Assembly (NCBI GenBank): GCA_036397065.1
Contig: DASWJP010000099.1
Span: 12,553-76,552 of the forward strand
DNA: 64,000 nucleotides
Direction of reading: 5' to 3'
Source: Kiloniellales bacterium
GTDB taxonomy: Bacteria > Pseudomonadota > Alphaproteobacteria > Kiloniellales > J153
Below the pieces are notes generated by a model. The model was not told the DNA's origin, did not search any database, and saw only the letters and a list, made by a program, of their open reading frames with translations. Shown here in pieces: positions 9,849-19,380 of the stretch. Made by a program: the position numbers and the translations under genes. Numbering within the stretch: position 1 is the stretch's first letter; each line of letters starts with the position of its first letter.

Positions 9849-10601
9849 ATGATCAAAGCGGTTACCTTCGACCTTTGGGACACGATGGTGCACGACGATT
9901 CGGACGAGCGCGTCCGCGCCGCCCGGGGTCTGCGATCCAAGAAGCAGGAGCGCCGCCATCTCGTGTGGCAGGCTTTAAGCGCCATTCAGCCCATCGACCG
10001 GGAGAAGGTCGAGCTGGCCTACGACGTCGCCGATGCCGCCTTCAATCATGTCTGGCATGATCAGCACATCACCTGGACCATTGGCGAGCGCTTGCGTGTG
10101 GTCCTGAAAGGACTTGGACGCACGATACCGGACGCCGCGTTCGCCAAAGTGGTGAAGGCGCACGAGGAAATGGAGGTGGAGATTCCACCGGATGCGATCG
10201 AGGGCATCGCGCATGCGTTGGCGGACCTGGCCAACCGCTACAAGCTGTGCGTCATCTCCGATGCGATCGTCACGCCGGGGCGCGGCCTGCGCGCCCTGCT
10301 GCGCCTGCATGATCTGGAGCGGTATTTCTCCGGCTTCGCCTTTTCCGACGAAGTCGGCCACTCCAAGCCGCACCGCTCCATGTTCGATTCGGCGGCCAGC
10401 CAGCTTGGAGTCTCCCTCTCTGAAATGGTGCACGTGGGCGACCGCGACCACAACGACGTCAAAGGACCGCAGGCCCTGGGCATGAAGGCGGTGCTCTTTA
10501 TCGCTACCCGCGACCGGGACAAGGACAAGACGACGGCGGATGCCATCTGCGCCCGCCACAAGGAACTGCCGAAAGTCATCGACCGCCTGGCCAAGGCCTA
10601 G
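9849..10601 (+). CDS. HAD-superfamily hydrolase (phosphatase-type)
   Basis: Motif I VTFDLWDTMV right after ATG 9849. Motif IV-like VGDRDHNDVKG. ORF track 9771..10601. Confidence 0.8.
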   Translation: MIKAVTFDLWDTMVHDDSDERVRAARGLRSKKQERRHLVWQALSAIQPIDREKVELAYDVADAAFNHVWHDQHITWTIGERLRVVLKGLGRTIPDAAFAKVVKAHEEMEVEIPPDAIEGIAHALADLANRYKLCVISDAIVTPGRGLRALLRLHDLERYFSGFAFSDEVGHSKPHRSMFDSAASQLGVSLSEMVHVGDRDHNDVKGPQALGMKAVLFIATRDRDKDKTTADAICARHKELPKVIDRLAKA

Positions 10602-10626
10602 CGGCGCCAACGGAGTTAACGACTCG

Positions 10627-11484
10627 ATGGCCAATCATCCGCGTTTCATCGTCGTCGACGGCTATGCGCGCGCCGGCCGCGAGGATCTCGCCGCCGGCGG
10701 CGCCAGCACGGCCGGCGATCTGTATGCCCGCATGCTTGAGGCCTGCGCGCCCGGATGCCACGTGGATATCTTGTACCCCGCCGACCCGGGATCGAGCCTG
10801 CCGAAAGGCGCCGCCATCGCCCAATACGACGGCATTGCCTGGACCGGCTCCAGCCTGACGGTCTATGCCGACGATCCAAAGGTCACGCCGCAGATCGAAT
10901 TCGCCAAGGCCGCCTTCGCCAACAAGGTTCCCTCTTTCGGCAGTTGCTGGGCGGCGCAGATCGCCGTGATGGCGACCGGCGGCCGCTGCGCCGCCAATCC
11001 GAAGGGCCGCGAGATGGGCATTGCCCGCAAGATCGCGTTGACCCCGGAAGGTCGGGCGCATCCACTGTATTTCGGCAAGAAGGCGGTGTTCGACGCCTTC
11101 ATCAGCCACGACGACGAGGTCACGCACCTGCCCCCCGGCGGCCTGATGCTGGCCAGCAACGGGCATACCCACGTGCAATCGGTGGCGGTCACCCATCAAG
11201 GGGGCATCTTCTGGGGCCTGCAATACCATCCCGAGTACGATCTGCACGAGCTGGCCCGCCTCTGCTACTGCCGCAAGCAAAAGCTGGTCGACAAGGGCTT
11301 CTTCCGCGACTTGGACGAGGCGCAGAAGTTTGTCGATCAGCTCGAGGCTCTGCACCAGGATCCCAGCCGCAAGGATATTGCGTGGCTGCTGGGCATCGAC
11401 GAGGACGTGATGAACGAGGACATCCGCCGCGCCGAGACCCGCAATTGGATCGACCACCTGGTGCTGCCCAACATGCGCCACTAG
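10627..11484 (+). CDS. Class I (type 1) glutamine amidotransferase-like protein
   Basis: MANHPRFIVVDGY start. Nucleophile elbow FGSCWAAQIA and LQYHPEYD (His-Glu). ORF track 10540..11484. Confidence 0.75.
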   Translation: MANHPRFIVVDGYARAGREDLAAGGASTAGDLYARMLEACAPGCHVDILYPADPGSSLPKGAAIAQYDGIAWTGSSLTVYADDPKVTPQIEFAKAAFANKVPSFGSCWAAQIAVMATGGRCAANPKGREMGIARKIALTPEGRAHPLYFGKKAVFDAFISHDDEVTHLPPGGLMLASNGHTHVQSVAVTHQGGIFWGLQYHPEYDLHELARLCYCRKQKLVDKGFFRDLDEAQKFVDQLEALHQDPSRKDIAWLLGIDEDVMNEDIRRAETRNWIDHLVLPNMRH

Positions 11485-11488
11485 GGCC

Positions 11489-12091
11489 ATGTGCGCGGCC
11501 CCCGCGGCGCGCGCCTGGCAGCGCATGCTCAGCGGCCGGCGGCTCGACCTGCTCGATCCGTCGCCGCTGGACGTGGAGATCGAGGATATCGCCCACGGCC
11601 TGTCCCGTGTCGCCCGCTGGAACGGTCAGACCTCGGGCGACTGCGCCTTCAGCGTCGCCCAGCATTGCCTTTTGGTCGAGCGGGTGGTGGCCCGCCTGGC
11701 GCCGGACAGTCAACGCCGCTGGCGCCTGGCGGCGCTGTTGCATGACGCGCCGGAATACGTCATCGGCGATCTGATCAGCCCGTTCAAGGCCGCCGTCGGC
11801 TTGGACTACAAGGCCCTGGAACGGGCGTTGCTGCGGGCCATCCACGTGCGCTTCGGCTTGCCGGCCGAGCTGCCGGAGAAAACCACTGCCCTGATCAAGC
11901 GCGCCGACCGGATCGCCGCCTACCTGGAGGCAACCCAGCTCGCCGGCTTCGAGGAGGCCGTCGCCAAACGGGTGTTCGGGCGGCCGCGCCGGCTGGAGCC
12001 GATGCGCCTGCGCCCGGTGCCCGCGGCGGAGGCAAAGGCGCGCTACCTGGCCCGTTTTTTCGCCCTGGGCGGCGACAGGAAAACGCCGTAA
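11489..12091 (+). CDS. HD-domain phosphohydrolase (YfbR-like 5'-nucleotidase family)
   Basis: IAHGLSRVARWNGQT and LLHDAPEYVIGDLISPFK motifs. Alternative start ATG 11525. Confidence 0.75.
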   Translation: MCAAPAARAWQRMLSGRRLDLLDPSPLDVEIEDIAHGLSRVARWNGQTSGDCAFSVAQHCLLVERVVARLAPDSQRRWRLAALLHDAPEYVIGDLISPFKAAVGLDYKALERALLRAIHVRFGLPAELPEKTTALIKRADRIAAYLEATQLAGFEEAVAKRVFGRPRRLEPMRLRPVPAAEAKARYLARFFALGGDRKTP

Positions 12092-12132
12092 AACACCGGT
12101 ACGCGTTGCATCGTAAACCCGTTCGAACATTC

Positions 12133-12900
12133 ATGCCGTCCGTAAAACCCCTCGACTCAGCGCAGATCGAATCCTTCCACCGGGACGGCTTTGTCGCCGC
12201 ACCGGGATTTTTCGGCGCCGAAGATATGCGGCGCATCACCGGCTGGACCGATGAGATCATCGCGTGGCCGGAAGCACCGGGGCGGCACATGGTCTATCAC
12301 GAGGACAGTCTGACCCATCCGGGAACGCGCGTGGTTCAGCGTATTGAGGATGTGACACCGTTCCACGGCGGATTCCGCGGACTGTTTTCCCACGGCCGCA
12401 TGGCGGATGCGGTCGCCGCCCTGTTGGGCGAACCGGCCGTTCTGTTCAAGGACAAGATCAATCTGAAACTGCCCGGCGGCGACGGCTTCAAGGCGCACCA
12501 GGATGCCCAGGCCGGATGGAATGTTTACGCCAAGTATTACATCACCGCCCTGGTTTCGATCGATGCCGCAACCGCCGAGAACGGCTGTCTGGAAATGGCC
12601 GCCGGTTGGCACCGCCAGGGCCTAGTGGGCAACGAATGGACACCCCTGGGCGAAGGCGAGACCGCCGGCATGGAATTCGTCTCCTATCCGACGGCGCCCG
12701 GCGATGCGATGTTTTTCGATTCCTTTACCCCGCACCGCTCAGGGCCAAATTTGACCGATACGGCGCGGCGGGTCCTGTACGCCACTTACAACCGGGCCGC
12801 GGAGGGCGACCACCGGGTCCGCTATTTCGCCGACAAGCGGAAAAACTTCCCGCCGGATATCGAACGCGACCCGAACAAGACCTACGTCTTTAGAGTCTGA
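12133..12900 (+). CDS. Phytanoyl-CoA dioxygenase (PhyH) family Fe(II)/2-oxoglutarate oxygenase
   Basis: HxD FKAHQDAQ and distal His FTPHRSGPN. ORF track start 12106 is a TTG; the first ATG is at 12133. Confidence 0.8.
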   Translation: MPSVKPLDSAQIESFHRDGFVAAPGFFGAEDMRRITGWTDEIIAWPEAPGRHMVYHEDSLTHPGTRVVQRIEDVTPFHGGFRGLFSHGRMADAVAALLGEPAVLFKDKINLKLPGGDGFKAHQDAQAGWNVYAKYYITALVSIDAATAENGCLEMAAGWHRQGLVGNEWTPLGEGETAGMEFVSYPTAPGDAMFFDSFTPHRSGPNLTDTARRVLYATYNRAAEGDHRVRYFADKRKNFPPDIERDPNKTYVFRV

Positions 12901-12909
12901 CGCCGCGCC

Positions 12910-14154
12910 TTGCCGCTGGACGGCAGTCGCATGCTTGGTGCATACCGCCCCATGGCATTCTTCCTGACCGGCATCGGCGTTCTGTCGCTGGCCATCTGGC
13001 TGTACCTGATTGCCTTGCGCGGCGGCTACTGGCGCGCGAGCGAGCGGCTTGAGTCCAACTCTGCCGCACCGTCCACCTGGCCGGCGGTGGCAGCCATCGT
13101 CCCGGCCCGCGACGAGGTGGCGGTGATCGGCCCGGCCATCGCCTCGCTGTTGGCGCAGACCTATCCAGGCCGGCTCACCGTCCTTCTGGTCGACGACCAC
13201 AGCCGCGACGGTACCGCGCGTGCGGCCATGGACGCGGCCAGGGCGGCCGGGCGGGCGGAGGCGTTCCATGTGGTGCAGGCCCGGGCGCTGCCCGCCGGTT
13301 GGACCGGCAAGCTGTGGGCCCTGGCGGAAGGGGCGCGCCATGCCAAGACCCACCTGGATAACGCCGAGTTCCTGTGGCTCAGCGACGCCGACATCGCCCA
13401 CGACCCGGAGAACCTGCGCCGCCTGGTGGTCCAGGCCACGGCCCAGCGCCTCGATCTGGTCTCGCTGATGGTCGCTCTCTCCTGTGGCGGCGTGTGGGAG
13501 CGTTTGCTGATCCCGCCCTTCGTCTATTTCTTTCAGATGCTCTATCCCTTTGCTTGGTCCAACGATCCGCGCCGGCGCACCGCCGCGGCGGCCGGTGGTT
13601 GCGTTCTGGTGCGCCGCATCATTCTGGAGCGCGCCGGTGGCTTCGCCGCCATCAAGAGCGAGCTGATCGACGACTGCGCCCTGGCCCGGCTGATCAAGCA
13701 TGGGCCGCCGCCGGGCGGGCGCATCTGGATCGGCCTGGCCACCACGGCGCGCAGCATCCGGCCCTATCAGGGTCTGGGCGAGATTTGGCGCATGGTGGCG
13801 CGCAGCGCCTATACGCAACTGCGCCATTCGCCGGTGCTGCTGGCCGGTACGCTGCTGTCCATGACCCTGACCTTCCTGACCCCTCCGGCGCTGGTGCTCA
13901 GCACGCCGTGGCACGGCAACGCAGCGGCCCTAGCCGCTGGGCTGGCGGCCTGGGCGCTGATGACCGTCTCCGCCTGGCCGACGTTCGCCCTGTACCGCCA
14001 ACCGCCGTGGCTGGCCGTGCTGTTGCCCGTGGCCGCCGTCTTCTACAGTGCCATGACCTTCGATTCGGCCCTGCGCCACTGGCGCGGCCGGGGCGGCACA
14101 TGGAAAGGCCGGGTGCAGGGCGCCGCGGTGGAAGACCAACGGCCCGGACAGTAG
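12910..14154 (+). CDS. hpnB: Hopene-associated family-2 glycosyltransferase HpnB
   Basis: GT2 core VAAIVPARDE...LLVDDHSRDGT, GWTGKLWA, DADIAHDP. HpnB-like membrane half LIPPFVYFFQMLYPFAWSN...AAAAGGCVLVRR...IDDCALA. Sits directly upstream of hpnC. TTG start; ATG alternatives at 12931 and 12952. Confidence 0.8.
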   Translation: MPLDGSRMLGAYRPMAFFLTGIGVLSLAIWLYLIALRGGYWRASERLESNSAAPSTWPAVAAIVPARDEVAVIGPAIASLLAQTYPGRLTVLLVDDHSRDGTARAAMDAARAAGRAEAFHVVQARALPAGWTGKLWALAEGARHAKTHLDNAEFLWLSDADIAHDPENLRRLVVQATAQRLDLVSLMVALSCGGVWERLLIPPFVYFFQMLYPFAWSNDPRRRTAAAAGGCVLVRRIILERAGGFAAIKSELIDDCALARLIKHGPPPGGRIWIGLATTARSIRPYQGLGEIWRMVARSAYTQLRHSPVLLAGTLLSMTLTFLTPPALVLSTPWHGNAAALAAGLAAWALMTVSAWPTFALYRQPPWLAVLLPVAAVFYSAMTFDSALRHWRGRGGTWKGRVQGAAVEDQRPGQ

Positions 14155-14180
14155 ACTTGGGCGCGGTAGACTTGGGCGCG
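14151..14180. repeat. Perfect 2 x 15-bp tandem duplication GTAGACTTGGGCGCG spanning the hpnB stop codon
   Basis: Read directly: unit 1 at 14151-14165, unit 2 at 14166-14180. Each unit carries a TAG in the hpnB frame (14152 and 14167). Confidence 0.95.
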
Positions 14181-14204
14181 CGGGAATCGGGGACCAGGGG
14201 GACG

Positions 14205-15062
14205 ATGAGCCAGGCCATCGAGACGCCTTCGGGCAAGGGCGCGGCGGACGAGAATTTTCCCGTCGGTTCCTGGCTGCTGCCAGCGCGCCTGCGGCCGCAT
14301 GTGGCGGTGTTCTATCGCTTCGCCCGGGCCATCGACGACATCGCCGACAACCCGGCCCTGGCAGCCAACGACAAGATCGCCCGCCTGTCCCGATTCGCAG
14401 CGGCTGTCGAAGGGGACACCGGCGACGATCCGGCCCTGGCCACGGCGATTGCCATTCGGCGAAGCCTGGCCGAAACCGGCGTCCCGGCGCGCCATTGCCT
14501 CGATCTCATCGCCGCCTTCAAGCAGGACGCCACGAAGCTGCGCTATGCGGATTGGGACGAATTGATGGGCTATTGCGCCCTGTCCGCCAATCCGGTCGGT
14601 CGCTACCTGCTCGATCTGCACGGCGAGGACCGAGCCGACACTGCCGCGTCCGATGCCCTGTGCAGCGCCTTGCAGGTGCTCAATCATCTGCAGGACTGCG
14701 GCGACGACCGGCGCGCCCTCGACCGGGTGTATTTGCCCCTCGATTGGCTGACGGCGGCGGGCGCGGATGTGACCGATCTCGATGCGTCCGCGTGCAGCCC
14801 CGGCCTGCGCCGGGTCATCGACCAGTGCCTGGATGGCGTCGACGATCTGATGGCCGCCGCCCGGACGCTGCCAGCGCGGCTGAAGAGCCGGCATCTGGCC
14901 ATGGAGTCGGCGGTCATCGTGCGCCTGGCGATTCGCTTGACGGCGTTGCTCCGCGCCGGCGACCCGCTGGCCGGCCGCGTGGCCTTGCGCCGGCACGATT
15001 TCGTTGCCTGCGGCCTGCGCGGTGCCGGCGGCGAGTTGTGGCGGCGGATGCTCGCGCCATGA
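14205..15062 (+). CDS. hpnC: Squalene synthase HpnC (hydroxysqualene synthase)
   Basis: MSQAIETPSGK..ENFPVGSWLLP. Asp-rich FYRFARAIDDIADN and LQDCGDD. This is the 3' part of ORF 13374..15062. Confidence 0.9.
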   Translation: MSQAIETPSGKGAADENFPVGSWLLPARLRPHVAVFYRFARAIDDIADNPALAANDKIARLSRFAAAVEGDTGDDPALATAIAIRRSLAETGVPARHCLDLIAAFKQDATKLRYADWDELMGYCALSANPVGRYLLDLHGEDRADTAASDALCSALQVLNHLQDCGDDRRALDRVYLPLDWLTAAGADVTDLDASACSPGLRRVIDQCLDGVDDLMAAARTLPARLKSRHLAMESAVIVRLAIRLTALLRAGDPLAGRVALRRHDFVACGLRGAGGELWRRMLAP

Positions 15063-15940
15063 CCAAAGCCGCGCGGGCAAACATCGCGAAGCCGGCGGCC
15101 AGCGAGGCCGCCGCAAAGGCGCGGGTCAACGCAGTGGTCGCCCGCTCCGGCACCTCGTTCCTGTGGGGCATGCGCATTCTGCCGCCGCCGCGCCGGGCGG
15201 CCATGTATGCCATCTATGCCTTCTGCCGGGCGGTCGACGACATCGCCGACGAACCGGCCCCGACAGAGGCGAAACTGGCGCGCCTCGACCAATGGCGGCA
15301 GGAAATCGACCTCTTGTATGACGGCCGGCCGCGCGACCCGATCACCATCGCCTTGCGCCAGCCGGTCGCGGACTATGCGTTGCCGCGCGCGGAGTTTCTG
15401 GCCGTCATCGACGGCATGGAGATGGATGCGCGCGAAGTCATGCATGGCCCCGATCCCAAGGACTACGCCCTCTACTGCCGGCGCGTCGCGGGTGCGGTGG
15501 GCAAGCTGTCCATCCACGCCTTTGGCGATACCAGCCCGGCGGCGCAAGAGTTGGCGGTCGTCCTGGGCGAAGCCCTGCAGACCACCAACATTCTGCGCGA
15601 TGTGGCGGAGGATGCGGCCCGCAACCGCCTCTATCTGCCCAGCGATCTGCTCGACGCCCACGGCATCGAAAGCCGGACCGCCGAAGCGGTGCTGGCGCAT
15701 CCGGCCCTGCCGCGGGTCTGCGCCGATCTGGCGGCCCGCGCCCGGGCGCGCTTTGCCGAGGCCCGGGCCCTGTTGGCGCGCTGCGACCGCCGCCGCATGC
15801 GTCCGGCGGCCTTGATGCTGGCGGTCTACGCCCGTGTCCTGGCGCGCCTGGAAACGCGTGGCTGGCACCGGCTGGATGTACCAGCGCGGCTTTCGCGCGG
15901 TGAAAAGCTTTGGATCGTCATCCGCCACGGTTTGCTTTGA
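15059..15940 (+). CDS. hpnD: Presqualene diphosphate synthase HpnD
   Basis: AIYAFCRAVDDIADE and NILRDVAEDAARNRLYLP motifs. Its ATG overlaps the hpnC stop (ATGA). Confidence 0.9.
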   Translation: MTKAARANIAKPAASEAAAKARVNAVVARSGTSFLWGMRILPPPRRAAMYAIYAFCRAVDDIADEPAPTEAKLARLDQWRQEIDLLYDGRPRDPITIALRQPVADYALPRAEFLAVIDGMEMDAREVMHGPDPKDYALYCRRVAGAVGKLSIHAFGDTSPAAQELAVVLGEALQTTNILRDVAEDAARNRLYLPSDLLDAHGIESRTAEAVLAHPALPRVCADLAARARARFAEARALLARCDRRRMRPAALMLAVYARVLARLETRGWHRLDVPARLSRGEKLWIVIRHGLL

Positions 15941-17217
15941 TGTCGCCAAAGCCCAAGGTCCACGTGGTCGGCGCCGGTATCGCCGGCCTCTCTTGCGCCG
16001 TGCGCCTGGTGCGCGAAGGGCATGACGTGCACGTGCACGAGGCGGCGGCGCAGGCGGGCGGCCGGTGCCGCTCCTATCACGATGCCAAGCTCGACCGGAT
16101 GGTCGACAACGGCAACCACCTGCTGCTGACCGCCAACCGGGCCGCCATCGCCTATGTGGACGAGATCGGCGCCCGCCACACCCTGCAGGGCCCGGCGCAG
16201 GCGGCCTTTCCCTTTATGGACCTGCGCAGCGGCGAGCGCTGGACCGTGCAGCCCAACGGCGGTCCGGTGCCGTGGTGGCTGCTGTCCCCCGCCCGGCGCA
16301 TTCCCCATACCCGGCCGTGGGCGTACGCCGCGGGCTTGCGATTGGCTTTCGCCGGACCGGAGGCGACCGTTGCCGACTGCTTGGACCGGCAGGACCCGCT
16401 GTGGGCGCGGTTCTGGGAACCCTTGACCGTGGCCGCCCTGAATACGGCGCCGGAGGAAGCCTCGGCCCGCCTGTTGTGGCTGGTGGTGCGCGCCACCTTT
16501 GCCCGGGGCGAAGCGGCCTGCCGCCCCTTGATCGCCAGGGATGGCCTGGCCGCCAGCTTCGTCGACCCGGCCATGGCCAAGGTGCGGGCGGGCGGCGGTG
16601 CGATCGACTTCAACCGCCGCCTGCGCGCCATCGTTTTTGCTGGCGACCGGGCCCAGCGCCTGGATTTTGGCGAGACCCAGGTGCCGCTGGCCGAGGGCGA
16701 CCGCCTGGTCCTGGCCGTACCGCCGCCGGTGGCGGCGTCCTTGCTGCCCGACCTCCAGGCCCCGCATGACATGCGGCCCATTGTGAATGCCCATATCCGC
16801 CTGCCGGCTCCGCCGGTCCTGCCCGCGGGCTTGTCCGGAGACTTGCCCCTGCTCGGCCTGATCGGCGGCACCACCCAATGGCTGATCGTCCGCGGCGATG
16901 TGGTCAGCCTGACCATCAGCGCCGCCGCCGGCCAGGCGGCTGAAAACAGCGAGGCCCTGGCCGATACCCTGTGGCGGGAGGCGGCGGCGGCCCTGGCCCT
17001 GGACCTGCCCGAGGCACCGCCGGTGCGTATCGTCAAGGAACGCCGCGCCACCATTGCGCAAACCCCTCAGGCCTTGCGCCTGCGCCCGCCGGCGCGCACC
17101 CCCTGGCACAACGTGGTGCTGGCCGGCGATTGGACCGATACGGGCTATCCGGCAACCATCGAAAGCGCCGTCCGTTCCGGCTGGTCTGCGGTGCGGGCGT
17201 GCACGGACTCGCGCTAA
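15940..17217 (+). CDS. hpnE: Hydroxysqualene dehydroxylase HpnE (FAD-dependent amine-oxidase fold)
   Basis: MSPKPKVHVVGAGIAGLSCAVRLVREGHDVHVHEAAAQAGGRCRS dinucleotide-binding motif. Its ATG overlaps the hpnD stop (TGATG). Confidence 0.85.
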   Translation: MSPKPKVHVVGAGIAGLSCAVRLVREGHDVHVHEAAAQAGGRCRSYHDAKLDRMVDNGNHLLLTANRAAIAYVDEIGARHTLQGPAQAAFPFMDLRSGERWTVQPNGGPVPWWLLSPARRIPHTRPWAYAAGLRLAFAGPEATVADCLDRQDPLWARFWEPLTVAALNTAPEEASARLLWLVVRATFARGEAACRPLIARDGLAASFVDPAMAKVRAGGGAIDFNRRLRAIVFAGDRAQRLDFGETQVPLAEGDRLVLAVPPPVAASLLPDLQAPHDMRPIVNAHIRLPAPPVLPAGLSGDLPLLGLIGGTTQWLIVRGDVVSLTISAAAGQAAENSEALADTLWREAAAALALDLPEAPPVRIVKERRATIAQTPQALRLRPPARTPWHNVVLAGDWTDTGYPATIESAVRSGWSAVRACTDSR

Positions 17218-17337
17218 ACGGGTGATATGACGCCCCGTCGCAACCACGCCGTTCCGCTTGCGTCGGCTGGTTGGCATGACTAAGTAGAGCCGCTAGACTT
17301 TTATTGCAGTTTCATTGCGAGTTCCTGTACCTCACCC

Positions 17338-19380
17338 ATGACCGAATTCGACCGACTATCCGAGGCCCGCCGGGCTACCCATGGCGACCAGCGGGCGGCA
17401 GATGTGGTGGAAACGCGCGGTGACTCCACCGACTCACCAGCGATCCTCGACGATCTGACCGAGGCCTCCCCGTCCGACGAAGCGTTGGACCGGCTGGTGC
17501 GTGAGCAGCGCCAGGCGCTCAAGGGCGTGCAGCGCCCGGACGGCCATTGGGTGTTCGAATTCGAGGCGGATGCCACCATCCCGGCGGAATACATTCTGCT
17601 GCGGCACTTCCTCGGCGACATCGACGAGGATCGGCAGCGGCGCATCGCCAATTACCTGCGCGGCATTCAGAACGAAGACGGCGGCTGGCCGCTGTTTCAT
17701 AAGGGCGTTGTGGATCTCAGTGCCACCGTAAAAGCCTACTTCGCCTTGAAGCTGGCGGGCGACGCTCCGGAGGCGCCGCACATGGCGCGGGCGCGGCAAG
17801 CCATTCTCGACCGGGGTGGGGCGGCACAGTGCAATGTCTTCACCCGCATCGCCCTGGCCCTGTTCGAGCAAGTGCCGTGGCGCGCCGTGCCGGAAATGCC
17901 GGTCGAGATCGTGCTGCTGCCGCGCTGGTTCCCCTTCCATCTGTCGAAGGTGTCCTATTGGTCGCGCACGGTGATCGTGCCGCTGTTGATCCTGATGGCG
18001 CTGAAACCGCGCGCCCGCAATCCGCGCGGCGTGCGCATCGACGAATTGTTCCAGCGGCCGCCGAACGACGAGCGCTTTCCCATGAACGCCACCGGGGATG
18101 CCCTGGGGGCGTTTTTCGCCGGCCTCGATGTGGTTCTGCGCACGGCCGGACAGCGGTTGCCGCAAGGCAGCCGCAAGCGGGCCATTCGCAAGGCCCTCAA
18201 GTTCATCACCCCGCGCCTGAACGGCGAGGATGGCCTGGGCGGCATTTTTCCGGCCATGGCGAACGTGGTCATGGCCTTCGAGGCCCTGGGACGCTCGCGC
18301 GACGACCCGGAGTTCGTCATGGCCCGCAAGGCGGTGGACAAGCTGCTGCTAGACCGCGGCCCCGATGCCACCTATTGCCAGCCGTGCCTGTCGCCGATTT
18401 GGGATACCTGCCTGGCGATGCATGCCATGCTGGAAGCCGGCGAGGATCCGGACTCCGCGACCTTGCAGAAGGCCAGCGATTGGCTGCTGGAGCGGGAGAT
18501 CACCGATGTGGTCGGCGATTGGGAATGGCAGCGCCCGGGCCTGCCGCCCGGCGGCTGGGCCTTCCAGTACCGCAACGACTTTTACCCCGACGTGGACGAT
18601 ACGGCGGTCGTGGTGATGGCCCTGGATCGCGCCGGCGATCCGCGCACCCGCCCGGCCATCGACCGCGCCACCGACTGGGTCCTGGGCATGCAGAGCGGCA
18701 ACGGCGGCTGGGGCGCCTTCGATGCGGAGAACAAGTACTACTATCTGAACAGCATTCCATTCGCCGATCATGGCGCCCTGCTGGACCCGCCGACTGTCGA
18801 CGTGACCGCCCGCTGCCTGTCCATGCTGGCCCAGCTCGGCTTTTCCAACAGCCATCCGGCCATCCGCAAAGGTCTGGATTTCCTGCGCAAGGAGCAGGAG
18901 GCGGACGGGTCCTGGTTCGGCCGCTGGGGGGTCAATTACATTTACGGCACATGGTCGGCGCTGTGCGCCTTCAACGCCTGTGACGAGGACATGGCGGCCG
19001 CGCATATCCGCAAGGCGGTGGCCTGGCTCAAGAGCCGGCAGCGGCCGGATGGCGGCTGGGGCGAGGATTGCGCCACCTACTGGCCGGACCGGCGCACCAT
19101 GGCCAAGGACTCCACCGCCTCGCAGACCGCCTGGGCGCTCATGGCTCTGATGGCGGCGGGCGAGGTGGACTGCGCCGCCGTCCGGCGCGGCATCGCCTAT
19201 CTGGAAGCTGCCCCCCGCCAAGGCGCCAAGTGGCGCGAGGCCCTCTATACCGGCATCGGCTTTCCCCGCGTCTTCTACCTGAACTATCACGGGTACAGCG
19301 CGTATTTCCCCCTGTGGGCCTTGGCCCGTTACCGCAATCTGCTGCGCAGCAACGAGGGGCGCGTGCGCTTCGGCATGTGA
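17338..19380 (+). CDS. shc: Squalene-hopene cyclase
   Basis: 680 aa. Catalytic DxDDTA (YPDVDDTAVVVMAL). Repeated QW-type motifs (GGWGAFD, RQRPDGGWGE). Confidence 0.95.
   Translation: MTEFDRLSEARRATHGDQRAADVVETRGDSTDSPAILDDLTEASPSDEALDRLVREQRQALKGVQRPDGHWVFEFEADATIPAEYILLRHFLGDIDEDRQRRIANYLRGIQNEDGGWPLFHKGVVDLSATVKAYFALKLAGDAPEAPHMARARQAILDRGGAAQCNVFTRIALALFEQVPWRAVPEMPVEIVLLPRWFPFHLSKVSYWSRTVIVPLLILMALKPRARNPRGVRIDELFQRPPNDERFPMNATGDALGAFFAGLDVVLRTAGQRLPQGSRKRAIRKALKFITPRLNGEDGLGGIFPAMANVVMAFEALGRSRDDPEFVMARKAVDKLLLDRGPDATYCQPCLSPIWDTCLAMHAMLEAGEDPDSATLQKASDWLLEREITDVVGDWEWQRPGLPPGGWAFQYRNDFYPDVDDTAVVVMALDRAGDPRTRPAIDRATDWVLGMQSGNGGWGAFDAENKYYYLNSIPFADHGALLDPPTVDVTARCLSMLAQLGFSNSHPAIRKGLDFLRKEQEADGSWFGRWGVNYIYGTWSALCAFNACDEDMAAAHIRKAVAWLKSRQRPDGGWGEDCATYWPDRRTMAKDSTASQTAWALMALMAAGEVDCAAVRRGIAYLEAAPRQGAKWREALYTGIGFPRVFYLNYHGYSAYFPLWALARYRNLLRSNEGRVRFGM

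Noticed and set aside
13374-14204. 5' two-thirds of the 562-aa ORF 13374..15062
   Set aside because: It overlaps hpnB out of frame and has no motifs. Only the part from ATG 14205 (HpnC) is real. The same logic was applied to the long 5' extensions of ORFs 14495, 19068, 21322(-), 26203, 39580, 41713(-), 45950 and 56379.
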